A DNA stretch of 61,140 nucleotides, filler included, from Squatina squatina (lineage: Eukaryota): NCBI GenBank assembly GCA_031763465.1. It is 4 parts of 4 records of this genome, joined end to end, with 100 filler letters (N's around TTAATTAATTAA, not from the genome) between each part and the next. Parts side by side here need not be neighbours in the genome. Positions count along the whole stretch, not along the records: positions 33,285 to 49,457 come from JARFOE010000080.1; positions 49,558 to 61,140 come from JARFOE010146387.1; 2 more parts are not named here. One strand, given 5' to 3'. The position numbers and the translations under genes were made by a program. The notes beneath the pieces were generated by a model. The model searched no databases. It was not told the origin of the DNA and was given only the letters and a program-made list of their open reading frames with translations. This document shows positions 38,301 to 51,777 of the stretch, piece by piece; position 1 is the stretch's first letter, and the number at the start of each line of letters is the position of its first letter.

Positions 38301-41300
38301 AGAAGTAATTCTCTGATTGGAAGTCATACGCAATGGAAAATTAAAACATGTTTTACTTCGAGTCAAAAGCTTCTTTCTCAGATAAGTTTTTGAAAATTCT
38401 ACTTAGGTCAACGCATTACCCTTTAATATAACTCTTACAAATTAACCAGCTTCTTATTTTATCTGAATGCTTTACAAATTTGGTTTCTTTTCATAGGAGT
38501 TAAATATTATTTCAATTAAATGGCTTATACAATTCTTTAGTAATGAGTTTCCGAATATGATCGAAATTTTTGCTGGGATGTAGTGGGTTTGGACTTCAGC
38601 TTTCTGTAATGGTTACTGCCAAATCACTGAACTGTTTGAAAAGAATTACACTCTGGGATCAGTGCTGTACCAAACAAGAGAAAAACACTTCATCTTGAAT
38701 TCATGACAGAGGCTTGCTGAGTCCGAGCAATCTTGACAAAGCTGATTTCCAAAATTTTTGTGCCTAATTCTACCTGTATGTGTTCAGTTCATGTAAGCAT
38801 TGTATCAATTTCTGCCGTCTTGTGCACAACAGAATGAATTTCCCTGGATTTCGGCTGTTTTACATTAGTATCGGCAGCTGGGACCCAGTGGGCGAGGATT
38901 CACAAGTCAAATAAAAGATGCCTGCAGAACAAGTTAACAGCCAAACTCAAATCTGGTACCATCCAGCTGTGGCCTTTTTTAAACCTGCCTTGTGCATCAA
39001 GCACCTGTCAAATGGATTCACAGGAGTAAGTTCAAAGAGTAAATTGGGAGGACTGTGTTGTCTGTTATCCTTTAACTTTTTTAAAAAATATCATATGCCT
39101 AACGAACCATCAGATTCACTGACGAAACCAAAGGACCAAATTTGAAGAATTCAATCTATCGGCCAGTGCCATCATATGGATGAAGTTCCATTGATGTCTT
39201 CAATTAAACTGATCTCATAAGCAACAGTGCTACTTTACTGCAGTGGAAATCGTACTGATAATTCATTGCANNNNNNNNNNNNNNNNNNNNNNNNNNNNNN
39301 NNNNNNNNNNNNNNNNNNNNNNNNNNNNNNNNNNNNNNNNNNNNNNNNNNNNNNNNNNNNNNNNNNNNNNCTCCAGAATCTCTCTCCACAATTGTTCTAC
39401 TTTGTTTCCCATTGTCCGTCTAGTCCTATACTCACAAACCTTGGCTTAGCTCGCCAACAAAGATGCCTGCATGTTACTTCCAGCTTCCTGGCCTTGCTAC
39501 AGCTGTTGCTCCCACCGTCTCATTTCGCATAATAGCAAATCTTTATTCTTTAATTACATTCCAAATGACTGAGAGCTGCCCTCACATTATCTGCACTGAG
39601 GTATGTTTTTAAGCCATGTCGTTACTTAATGATATGCAAGTTATTTTAAACTGTTACAGATGTCCTGGCAACAGGTGAGCATGGGAAGTTTCGAAGGGAG
39701 CTTCTTTTCATTTTCATTTAGCTGGCACCAGTCCCAAGTAAGTTAAATTAGATAGCACTTCTTTTGCGAGTACAAGAAAGCCATCATGATAGGTGTTTAT
39801 TCCCCATACTGCAGGAGGCAGAAAAGCCAATGCAACAGTGCAAATCACTGCCAGTGCAGGTAACCATGTTTTTGGAGCCACCTCTGGACTGAGTGCTCAG
39901 CCAGATCACACTGGCCTATATGCATCGTCTTCAGCTGCCAGGGAGCTCCTGGATGCCAAAGCAAAATTAGCAACCATTACTGTTAAACAATCTTGTTTCC
40001 CAGCTAGAGAAAGTAGGACAAAGAGCCCAGAAAACGAAGGGAAGAGAAAAAAAATGTAACCCCCTTGCTCCTGAGCAGCTATGCCTTCAGCCATTTCGGT
40101 CCTCTGCTCTGGAATTCCCTCCTTAAAGCTTTCGTCCTCTCCTCCTTTAAGATCCTCCTTAAAACTCACCTCTTTGACCCATCAAGGGCAAAAAATTCAT
40201 GAACGCCACACTGGAAACGCTGCAGCAGGGAATAGCATCCCAATAGCACCCGGCATTAATAGCGCCTGGGTGCTGCAAAATTCATTAACCTTTTTGCATT
40301 TTCCAGGCGTGGCGCTGTCGCAGGAGCTGACAGCTGCATAGAAGCGCTGGAGAGGCGCTCTCTTTCAACCATTTTCATGTGACCCATCTCATTAAGCAAT
40401 TGCATTNNNNNNNNNNNNNNNNNNNNNNNNNNNNNNNNNNNNNNNNNNNNNNNNNNNNNNNNNNNNNNNNNNNNNNNNNNNNNNNNNNNNNNNNNNNNNN
40501 NNNNNNTGGGCAGAGCTCCAGAGATACGTTATTGAGAGCATGTCCGAAGAACATGCTAATGGAGCATCGCACAAATTGCTCTAAACAATTGCAGCAGTCC
40601 TATCCAAGAAACTGTCCCTTGAAAAATGTACCCATCTATCACATCGCCAGAATCATTCTGACGTGAAGTCGGCACTAATTATTCTAGTTACTCTGTCGAT
40701 GTGTGTTTTTCTCTCCCTTTTTTATGTCAATAATTTCCAAATGTTTCCTATTTGACAAGCAGATGCAACAATAGACCATGGGAATGTTTAATTAGTTTTT
40801 AATGAACTCTTGTTCTGCAGATGTGGGTGAATGCCTAACAGGTGCTTGTGTTGCTCAGAGAGTTCTTTTTCTTGGGGAGGGTGGGGAGGTTAAAAATAAA
40901 AGGAGTGTGCAGCTGCACTGCAGTAAAGGCAGGTCAGGTTTTATTGGTAAGCAGTATCAGCTCACCACAGGTTGTCTTCAGCTGTTTTTTGTTGAGGAAA
41001 TTAAAATGATTTTTTTTTAAGCGTTTGGACCTGACGAGATTTATGTACTGCAGTGAATAACCTTCAGAGCAGCTGCATATTGCTGCCTCCATATTAAANN
41101 NNNNNNNNNNNNNNNNNNNNNNNNNNNNNNNNNNNNNNNNNNNNNNNNNNNNNNNNNNNNNNNNNNNNNNNNNNNNNNNNNNNNNNNNNNNNNNNNNNNN
41201 NNNNNNNNNNNNNNNNNNNNNNNNNNNNNNNNNNNNNNNNNNNNNNNNNNNNNNNNNNNNNNNNNNNNNNNNNNNNNNNNNNNNNNNNNNNNNNNNNNNN

Positions 41301-41619
41301 NNNNNNNNNNNNNNNNNNNNNNNNNNNNNNNNNNNNNNNNNNNNNNNNNNNNNNNNNNNNNNNNNNNNNNNNNNNNNNNNNNNNNNNNNNNNNNNNNNNN
41401 NNNNNNNNNNNNNNNNNNNNNNNNNNNNNNNNNNNNNNNNNNNNNNNNNNNNNNNNNNNNNNNNNNNNNNNNNNNNNNNNNNNNNNNNNNNNNNNNNNNN
41501 NNNNNNNNNNNNNNNNNNNNNNNNNNNNNNNNAGTTTTTTTTTAAAAATAACCAACAAAGGTACTCCCCAGTGTGCGGTACGAAACTATATATGGTAGAA
41601 GACTCCCAGATACCACTCC

Positions 41620-41960
41620 TCATCTATGCTATTTGTTGATCTCAGCCAATGTAATGGTTCGGCATCCTGCGAAAAGCCTCCACATCCCTTGGTTCAGGAG
41701 TAAAAGAAAACCAGGGCTCCTGTTGCTGGCGACTATCCAGTGATCTTTACTGGAAAGTGCCTGCAGAGTATGAAGGTGAGACCAGGACAGAATTGGTCTC
41801 AGCTGCCTTTTCCCAACGCCCCCTTCCCCCACAGCTGAATAATCTGCCAACACTCACTGTGTGCGCTCACACATGAAAAACGGTCACTTTGGTGAGAAGC
41901 CGGAGTGCAGTCGAGGCTCACGGATCTATCGCCAGTACGGAATACCGCGTTCATGGCAGG
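41620..41960 (+). mobile_element. Dispersed SINE-like repeat (related copies at ~43010-43390 and ~48250-48560)
   Basis: Shared blocks CCAGGG.TCCT...ACTGGAAAGTG...GAGGACAGAATTGG.CTCAGCTG...CTCACTGT...CACACATGAA appear in three places. Confidence 0.55.
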
Positions 41961-44900
41961 CGAGGAGAGGGGGCTAAAATTGGGAGGGGGGTGGGTGGTT
42001 GGGTGGGAGATGAGGGAAGAAATCAAGCGAGTTGGTAACAGTTGTAGTGTATTAATAATTGGATGTTGTTTGGGGAGAATATTCCAAACAAGAATTTCAA
42101 AGAATCCACATCTGTGAGACAATAGCATAACTGTTAATTCTAAACAGCTGTTACTGACATAAGTACTTCATCTAAAATAACAACACTGCAGTCAGTATTT
42201 TAAACATGTCCAGCTTCCCTATGCAAGTCACTGGGGAAAATGACCTGCTGGTTCTTATTAATTTCAACAATACTTAGGGCTTTAATGAATAACGCCATTG
42301 ATTATAAAGGAGGTTTGTGATTTAAATGTGTGAAATCATTTACAGGGCTGGGGTGTGCAGCAATGCTGACAAAATGTTATCAACAAACTTCATGTCTCAT
42401 GCACATTGCATTGTCCTTTACTTTTTGTGTTTGTTTTAAGTTCGGTCAAAGGATTGGGACTAATGTGACTGCTTTTCTCAATCAAATTGTCAGTAACATT
42501 TGAGAAAGTCAAAAGAAAAATAATCTGTTTCTGATTAAATAAATCTTAAGTCCTTCATTTTTTTTCATAACGTCCTAAGTAAATAAACAGATCTATTTTA
42601 ATGTCTAATTATTCATTTTCATTTTTGCTCCCATTAAAATGAGGCTTCCAAAAGCTGGACAGTTGAGATTTTGCCCCTTATATCTGGTGACTGTAGTAAA
42701 TACTTCANNNNNNNNNNNNNNNNNNNNNNNNNNNNNNNNNNNNNNNNNNNNNNNNNNNNNNNNNNNNNNNNNNNNNNNNNNNNNNNNNNNNNNNNNNNNN
42801 NNNNNNNCTGTCAAAATGTAGAGTTTACATGTAATTTAGATTCTTACTACTAGCAGTGGACTTACACTAATAGATGATTATTTTAGACTTACACTTAAGT
42901 CCTACATCTGATTTTCAGTGGGAATTGATTCACTGCACTAAAGAGCTATAATATGACAGTGAAGATTTTTACTATTTTCGGTGAGTGAAAAGGAATACAT
43001 CAGCCTCTGGCTTGGTCAGTTAATATACTGCTTGATGTAGTACTGAGCCACGCAGAACAGGAAGGTCCCAAGTTTAATTATTTCTCTGTGCTGAATTAAC
43101 CCATTTTGGTTGCTACAGCAGTGGCCATGAGCTTGGAGGGGAAAGCAATTAGCCAGTTTCCTACTCTCGATTGTTTTCCACATTGGAAAGTGGGTGGGGA
43201 TGTGCGTGTACGTGTAAATTTGGGAGAGGACAGCTTGGTCATTTCCTCCCTCCCTTGCTCCCCTTCCAGTCAAAATATCCTGCTGATTCTCACTGTCTAA
43301 GCTTATACATGAGATATGGCCATTGTGTGAAGTGGGCTGTCAGTTGCCTGTGGAACCATGCCTCATCATGAGTCGGTGCTTCAAGTGGATAAGTGGAGTA
43401 AAGGGGCAAGTGCTGTTGGGGACTGACTACAAAATCCTGATTTGTGCCACACAGGCTGGGAAGATCCTCTTTGGATGATCAATTACATCGCTGCGAAACC
43501 TCTGATGTTGAAAGAGATACTTTTCCTTCATTTGACTAAAACAGAAATAAGTAGGTCAATTAGTGAAGAATCAGTCTAAATTGGGCAGAAAAACTGGTTT
43601 CGAAAGCAATTCGTCAAAGTGCTTTAAACTCTTGTAGGACCATTTGATCTTCCATTTGGATCACTTCATTCACGTGGAAGATCTGCCCGCTGGATTATAG
43701 AGCAAAGCAATAATGTTCTGTCATTTTTTTCCTTTTGCATTCCTTTTCATTGCCAGGAATTAAGCCTTCTTTGACCCTTTGATACAAGCGTTTTTCAACC
43801 TGAAACCAGGTTGAAGCCAGAGTTGAATTGTCGTGTGGTGGCTGATGAGTGGCCAGGAACAAAACCATGAACAACAACTTCTAAAAGGATTAACATCCAG
43901 AGCTCTAGCCTCAGGATGATGTAACTGGAACTCTGCAGGAAAAAAAAACATAATAGCAGCATGTTTATAGGAGACTTAGAAATTCCACCATTTAGTCAAT
44001 TACACCTCTAATCTGGGTCTTAAAGGCTGAAAAGCTGGGATTTAGGTGTGACAGATTTAGGCCCGTGATAAAATAGTCTTTGTAGTTTCAGCTTGTAGCT
44101 AGAATTTCTCTTTGGAATTTATGTTTGTGTTTTCAATATGTTTATATTTTGGGCAAGGTGTAAATGCATTTTCAAAATTTTTTTCCAAGAAGATATATTT
44201 ACTGTGTTTAATGGCTTGTAATTGAAATCTAATGGAATTTGTTTCCACTATAATATTCCCAAATCATCTTTTAAGAAACATCCAGATCTGGTGTAGATAT
44301 TTGTTGGATGTACTTTTCCACATTTTTAGTAATCAATGTCATATTTTTCAAATTGTTAGTTTGTCCTACACAGTATAATAACCAAAACCTTTATTAAAAA
44401 TTGCCATTGTTATGAAACCAATCCAGCTCCAGCTCAGGATTCTCGGTTTCTTTTCTGTGGTAACATAGTCATTTAAAAAAATATACAGCACAGTCAAAAG
44501 TGCTTATTATTGAGAAACATAGGTAAAGGGTCACGGTCCTAGTTGAAATGGAGCAGGAATAAAGATGAGATAAATCAAGAAATGATGGTTAAGTGACATC
44601 AAGCTTGAGTTTCTGAAAGCCTGTGGATTTTAGGGAGAAGGGAGGCTGATTTGATGCAGTCCAAATGGATTAATTGGAAGTGTTTTCTTGGATTGTTTCT
44701 AACTACTATCAGTCACCCTCAATGTAGAAAATGGCGGGCTGTAATCTGGCTTGCAATGTGGCATTTTATGAAGATGCATCTGCACAAGCATGAAAACATG
44801 CAGAATTGCACAACGTTTGGTTCAATGTGAATTAAATGCCCGTGGCAGATAGGCTGGAAAAATCGCAGAAGAGGCTTGCATCAAATTGAGAGGAACAAAT

Positions 44901-46362
44901 TCTTGGCAGAATAACAGAATGGTACCCAAGTATCACAAGAAACAAAAACAACAAAGAAATAACAGATGTCTAATTACCTACAAGATAATTTAGTTACAAG
45001 AATGGAATAAATAATTAACCCCTTTATTCTCTCAATTAAAGGAGAATAATATAAAATGAAGATCTTAGGAGTACCTTGTAGCTACATGACTGTATATTAT
45101 CAAGTAATAAGGAAAGAAAGTACTTACATTTACAGTGTCTTTTGCATCCGCAGGGATTCTCAAAGCACTTCACAAACAATGAGTTACNNNNNNNNNNNNN
45201 NNNNNNNNNNNNNNNNNNNNNNNNNNNNNNNNNNNNNNNNNNNNNNNNNNNNNNNNNNNNNNNNNNNNNNNNNNNNNNNNNNNNNNNCCTGTAGAGCCAT
45301 GGCCAACAGCCTGATCCATCCTTCTCACTCACGGGCAGAATAATCTTGCCAACAAACTCAATACACTGGAAAATATCAACATACAAAGTACTCTGTGAAC
45401 AGAATGTAAACTGAATTAATCTGATATGTAAGTACATGTTGGAAAGGTTTTTTTAAAAAAATAAAGAATTCTACTTGTGGACATTTTGTCCATGTACATG
45501 GTTAGGGGAGTTCTTTAATACTTCGACAATATGTACAAAGTCTAACATGAAAATATTGGGTAATGTAACTTACAACAAACTCTATTTACAATTCTATTTT
45601 TACAAAATGTCTTTACAAGAGGTTTGTTATCCCAAAGACGACAAAGATACACTAAACGGACCAACAAAAAATGGTGTTATACAGTAATAAATATTGATCT
45701 AAAAATGACTGCAATGAGGAACATGATTTCTACAGCCAATTCAATAATAGACAAAACAGTACTGGTATTTCCACACTACATTATTATTCCAATATTAAAA
45801 AGTAAATAATTTGTACATATAGACTTTGTTAATTATTCTGTAAACTGTATCATGTTAATATATTCAGCGGAGGTAACATAGACATAGGATTCATGCCTAT
45901 ATGGAACATTGACAGGTCTACCATGCAACCATATTTTGCCAACATCTGATAAGATTCATTTACATTATAATTTAATAACTTTATTACATGCAATAGATTA
46001 ATTAACTGACATAATTCTCATTCCCAGTTAAAATATGCAGATTTTGTCACATTTTCCTAGCTGTCTGCCAATCACAGCTATCCACAGGAAATATGTAAAT
46101 GTTGCATATATCAGGATCAGCACATTCAACAAAACAGGTTAATAAATAGCACAATTTCAAAGCCACCCTGTGAAGACACAATACAGTGATGATAACATTG
46201 AAGTATAGAATTATTATGGCACTGGTTTGATAATCAAATTTTAAAGGAGGCATTGGAGGGAGACATTCTTCTGCATTCTTTTCTATTGAGGAGGGGAGAT
46301 GAGTCTTTTTTTTATNNNNNNAACAGTCCTTAGGAATCTTCCGTTGTGTAATTTGAACTGTT

Positions 46363-46415
46363 TCAGTGTTTTGCTGACACTGGTTTTTGCTGTTGATGAA
46401 GTTTCAGCCTGGGGC
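46363..46415 (-). CDS. ANOS1: Anosmin-1 last coding exon
   Basis: Acceptor tttgttttag|, phase 1, reads (G)PRLKLHQQQKPVSAKH* and is followed by an AT-rich 3' UTR-like region. Called from position and phase more than from sequence identity. Confidence 0.7.
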
Positions 46416-46718
46416 CTAAAACAAAACAGATAAGAGATAGTTAGCCAGAAATAAACACCGTACAGATACAGTACTAAAGTCACAGTATCACTTTACCAGT
46501 GACAAGTACTAAGATCAATAGGCAAAGACTAGAGAAACAAAGCTGCCAGACAGCAATGTAAGTAATTTACCAATAAATATTGCTATTATTATTAAGATAA
46601 ATAGATTATATCTGACAATTTAAGCAACTGTAATAGTTTCTTTTTGCATCCCAAGTTTTGACAAGATTGACTTATAATTCTCTAACATCGTTAGGATAGC
46701 AGAGGTACTGAAGCTTAC

Positions 46719-46860
46719 CGTATAGGAGGGATGAAGATAAGCTAGGTGTCTGGAATGTTTTGACAGTTGCTGGTCCCTCTCCAGCTGTAGTCAGTAGTTG
46801 TACCTCCAACCTATAACAAGTTGTGGGCCTCAGATTGGGCACAATGAGCGAGTGGTGATC
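46719..46860 (-). CDS. ANOS1: Anosmin-1 penultimate exon (4th FN3 domain, C-terminal half)
   Basis: tctttctcag|[48 protein letters not shown]|gtaagc, versus human [39 protein letters not shown]. Confidence 0.95.
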
Positions 46861-47692
46861 CTGAGAAAGAAAAATACAATATTGCAGTGTTTTAAAGTTT
46901 ATATATTCATTATTTTTAAATGTAGACACTGGTTCACTTTATAGAATGTGTCAGATCAATACACAATTACTGACTGTGGATTAACAAAAAACATCTTGAT
47001 TGCAACCATTGCCTTTGCAACACCAAAGGCAGACATACTAAGTGGTGTCACTAATGGAGCTCGCTCGGTACATCTTCTGTATGAGAACCAAGAAAGTAGC
47101 CTCAAAGGTCAGTCCAATATAGCATACTTTTAAAATAAAGCACCCAAATATACTAAAATGTAACAGTTCTGCAGCTATACCTATATTTACTGTAATTTCA
47201 TTCATGGTGGTCTGTTTATACCATTATGTTTGGGTTACCAGTATTTTTTTATGACTCATTTTATTGTGCATTTTGCAGTGCCCAAGTACAAAAGCACAGA
47301 TGGAACCATCCATTTTACATTGTATGCTGGGGTTTTCACATCACACTTGTTTCCATGTGACCCTAATTATTATGCAGAAATGGCAAAGAGCCACTATAAT
47401 CAAAGTCGACTGGGAAAATCCCCACTGATATTCCTACTCTTGCAGCACTGCACTTCCATGCCACAGGCTCATGAGTTCAACCATTAAGTCCACTGGCCAA
47501 TTTCCGGTCTAACTGCTGGTCATATATATGGTATGAGAGAAGGCCCACTCTGCGGTCGTGCAGAGGTTTGTAGCCTGCGGATTCCTGATGTTCTGGCCAG
47601 AAAAGATGCCTGGCATCAGAAATATCCAATGACGGAAAAAGTACCAAAAATGTATTTGAGTGTATACAACAGAAGAATAGTAACTGACTTAC

Positions 47693-47821
47693 TGGTGGCA
47701 ATATTTGCGACTGGGATATAATGCTGTTCGGTAAACTGTTCTGTCGGCTTTCCGTAGTCACCTCTGCCCAGGTCACCTGAAATCCTGTTATAGGCTGTTG
47801 AAGCTGTGTTTTAGATACCTG
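47693..47821 (-). CDS. ANOS1: Anosmin-1 exon (4th FN3 domain), 5'-truncated in this assembly
   Basis: [43 protein letters not shown]|gtaagt, nearly identical to human [31 protein letters not shown]. Confidence 0.93.
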
Positions 47822-48084
47822 GATAGACCTGGAGGCGCCCTTCAGTACTCTCCAGTGAGGGTGCTCTGTATAATAGTGTAGTGCTACGTCCTGCACAACA
47901 TTGCAGGTGAAGGAGGGAAAAGGCGCTCGTCAGGCATCTTTGAATGAGGAGAGCATTGAAGAGGAGGAGGAGGAGGAGTAGGAAGAGGAGGAATATGAAG
48001 ATGGGACACCCATCGCCAGATCAGCTGTGTATATTGCTGCCAGGGTGCCAGGAATGCCAGTTTGACACAGGAAAAAAACAATCT
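47810..48084 (+). mobile_element. Harbinger (HARBI1-like DDE) transposase C-terminal fragment
   Basis: [31 protein letters not shown] followed by a Glu-rich tract, matching the RFRCLDxSGGxLxYxP...CCxLHN motif. Confidence 0.85.
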
Positions 48085-48734
48085 NNNNNNNNNNNNNNNN
48101 NNNNNNNNNNNNNNNNNNNNNNNNNNNNNNNNNNNNNNNNNNNNNNNNNNNNNNNNNNNNNNNNNNNNNNNNNNNNNNNNNNNNGTCACCCTTCTACTAT
48201 TGTGCTGTTTTACCATGCTTAAAATGGGCCAAAGTAGAAAAATCAGATCAGCGACTACTTGATCTGGTGCTGAGCAATACAGAGCAAGAACTGCTTTCAG
48301 CAGAGGTGTCATTGGAGTCAACACAATTGATCTGTGCCCTGGGCTAGGATGGGAAAAAAATCCACTAGGATTCCTATTCCTGATTACTGTCCAATAACTC
48401 CTACTGGAAACTACAATTGTGTGGTTATTGGGTGAGGACAGAATTGGGCTCAGCTGTGGAACCTTCCAAGTCCAAATATCCTGTTGATGCATCCTGCCTA
48501 GATTCACACATAATAAATGGCCACATAGATGAGCTACTGAAGGAATCTAGGGGCTTGTCAAGTCATATAACAGCAAGAGTCAATGTTTTAGTAGTGAAAG
48601 AGAAAACTGAGGGAAGGGAGGACAAAATAAACAGAGCCGGAATCTTGTGATTGAAGTTATTATCATAGAAGCTCATTAAAGACACTCAAAGGATTAAATA
48701 ACATAAGGAAGAAAGCTGATATGTTGGAACCTAC

Positions 48735-48829
48735 ATGGGAGATGGCTTTTCTGGGAACCTTGGTCTCGTTGTGCGTGCAGGACTCCGGCATCCACTGAAC
48801 GAGGTATCGCTCCGCAATGCGGCCTGGAT
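48735..48829 (-). CDS. ANOS1: Anosmin-1 exon (3rd FN3 domain)
   Basis: ttgttcctag|(D)PGRIAERYLVQWMPESCTHNETKVPRKAISH|gtaggt, 95 bp, versus human [21 protein letters not shown]...TH. Confidence 0.85.
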
Positions 48830-49457
48830 CTAGGAACAATGTAACTTGCATGTTATCATCCAGCAGATGCTCTTGACAGAATTCACATGTGCAATTTAGG
48901 AGCTGTTGTCAACCATATGTTCATCAGATGTGTCAGAAAAGTTCAATGAAATATTTGGTCTGAAGAAAGATGGTGCCAAAAATTCTGATCATTCTTTTTG
49001 ATTGGAAAACAAACTTTGTCAAGAATTGTAAACAGATCTATTATTCCCCTTCAAGATGGGTTCGTATCAAATCTTTCATGGGAGGCCTTGAGGCCTCGAT
49101 GGGAAATATAACCTATAAACCTCATGTGTTGCTTTATTCAATAACAATTTCACTGTCAACTGGCTTTAGCAATGGAAATTGAAATTTTGTTCATAGGTCA
49201 GCAATTAATATTCAGACTGCTACTCCATGGCCTGATCAATTCAGCACTAACACAGACACTGGAAATATGAATCCAGTGTTCTATATTTGGAAAAATAAGC
49301 AGCACTTGCATCTGAATCTTTTAACTCTAGTGGTGATTTGGGCTCATTGGTGGCACGAGGAGAGATGAGGCTTACTATCAATAATAACCTCAGTATGCAC
49401 GAAGCTCAAATTCGATGCTTTCTACCCAAGTATTAATGATTATGTGAACTCTAACAA

Positions 49458-49557
49458 NNNNNNNNNNNNNNNNNNNNNNNNNNNNNNNNNNNNNNNNNNN
49501 NTTAATTAATTAANNNNNNNNNNNNNNNNNNNNNNNNNNNNNNNNNNNNNNNNNNNN
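49458..49557. other. Artificial contig spacer
   Basis: 44 N + TTAATTAATTAA (49502-49513) + 44 N. Confidence 0.97.
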
Positions 49558-50269
49558 AGGCAATATCCTCGTAAATCTCCTCTGTACCCTCTCTAGTGCA
49601 ATCACATCTTTCCTGTAATGTGGTGACCTGAACTACACACAGTACTCGAGCTATGGCCCAACGAGAGTTTTATGCAGTTCAAGTAAAACCTCCCTGTTCT
49701 TATATTCTATGCCTCAGCTAACAAAGGCAAGTATCCCGTTTGTCTTCTTAACCATCTTATCTATCTTCCTTGCTTCCTTCAGTCATCTCTGGACATACAG
49801 TCCAAGTTCCTTCTGTTCATCATGTACTTGTGTCTCTCTATGTTATAAATGTAATAACATTTATTTCCGAGTTTGCAATTAACATATATACAAAGATATA
49901 CATGAAATAGATTTATAACGAACACGGAAGCAACACAGTACAATTAAAAATAAAACTGTTTCATTCAAATACATAAACACAAACACAGATAAACAAAATG
50001 TATTCACAACAACTCACAACTGCAACTGTTACCAATGCACAGATATCAAAACATATTTGAAGTACCGCAATTCAAAGATAGGTTAACTCGCTCTAGTTCC
50101 TCGGCAAATGCTGCTGTGCCTGTTTTCCCTGTACTTGTATGTGAAGGTTTGTCGGGCTGTGGTATATCGTTTCCCAATGATGGGCTGTAATAGGCCACAT
50201 TCACTGTTCTATTTGATGTATAATTATGACCTGGACTTGGGTACAGTGGGCATAATTTCAACATCGACA

Positions 50270-50790
50270 GCTGTCTCATCCCCGTGCACAACCCACTGCC
50301 AAATTAGATTTAGCTCTCCCCACAGCACATTTAACCTTGCCGAAAGAACATTGGTCCAAACTCTGTTGAGGTGCAGCACGTCCAACTGTAACAGGTCTGT
50401 CCTGCGCCAGACCTGATCCCAATGCCCCAGGATTCTGAAGTTCATCCTCCTGCACTGTCCATCCAGCCACGCACTAATCTGCTTTGTCCGACTGCTCCTA
50501 TTCCTTCTAGCACAGGAAATAATACAGAGAATACACTTTTGGTGCTGCTCTTTCCTTTCCTTAACTGCTCCTGCAACTCTGACTGAAGGAACTCATCCCT
50601 TTGCTTATCTATGTCACTGGTTCTCCACATCGTCCACATTCAGCTGTTCCCCTTCTCCACTCAAAATGTTCTGCACCCACTCGGTGATGTGTTTAACCTG
50701 GCACATTGGAGGCAACACACCAACGTGACCCACGTGTACCATTGTACAATCACCCATCTATCCCAGTGACTATCGAATACCCAATGACTT
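50270..50790 (-). mobile_element. CR1 ORF1 SGNH-esterase relic within the macrosatellite
   Basis: Degenerate IGxSIV...VCCL...RDEFLQSE...RRMNFRILGHWDQVWRRTDLLQLDVLHLNR. Confidence 0.75.
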
Positions 50791-51777
50791 AAACTTGAAC
50801 CACTTCTTAATTTCAAAAATACCGTACTAAGAATCATAAAAATCTGCAAAGAAATCAGAAAATTTTCGGTACACTCAGCTGGTCATGCAGCTATTGCGGA
50901 AAGATTTCTGATGAAGGAGTTGTGAAGAAATGTCACAGAACTTAAGCTCGAACAATGCAATCCAGAAACAGTCCTACATTCTAATCCCAGAGCCCCAGTG
51001 TGTGGGTATGGTAACCAAGCCAGAAACCACGCATTATCTGAGAGTTAATGTGTCGTGGTACTTCTTGTAAACTAGTTGCAACAACAGAGATAAGAAATTT
51101 AAAAATAAATGCAAATATTTAAGAAACATCATATTTTCGACACCTTGCTTTGTATCTTCAGAAAACTTGGATATAAGGCATTCGATTCCTTCATCTAAAT
51201 CATTAACATATTTTGTAAATAGCTGATGCCCAAGCACCAATCCTTGCGGGACCCCAAAAGTTACAGCCTGCGAACGAGAAAATTACCCGTTTCTCAGAAC
51301 TCTCTGTTTTTTCCCCTCCAGGCAATCCTCTATCCATGCTAATATAGTATCACAAACCCATGAGCGTGGCAACCGTTTATGTGGTGCCTTATCGAATGCC
51401 TTTTGGAAATACAAAAATACCACACTCACTTTTCCTTTATGCACACTGCTGTGTACATTCTCAAAACAACTCTGATAAATTTGCTAAAATTGATTTCCCT
51501 TTTAATAAACCATATTTTTTCAGCCTAATGATATTATGATTTTCTACAAACCCCGTTATCACTTCCTTAATGATGGAATCGAGCATTTTCACAAAGACTA
51601 ACTGGCCTGCAGCTCCCCGCTTTCACTCTCCCTCATTTCTTGAATACTGGGGTTCCGTTTGCAGGGAGCTGCGGTCCTCACGAAGCAACTCACATATCCA
51701 TCTCCTCTTCCAGTTGCACCACTGGTAGCAGAGGTCGAGGTTGTGCCAGGTTCAACTGCGGAGCAGCCAGCTGAAGG

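Noticed and set aside
43695-43951. Acceptor-like ttttttttcctgcag followed by short ORFs
   Set aside because: No recognisable peptide and no convincing donor; it lies past the ANOS1 stop codon.
13438-48507. ORFs containing runs of X
   Set aside because: Artefacts of reading through N gaps.
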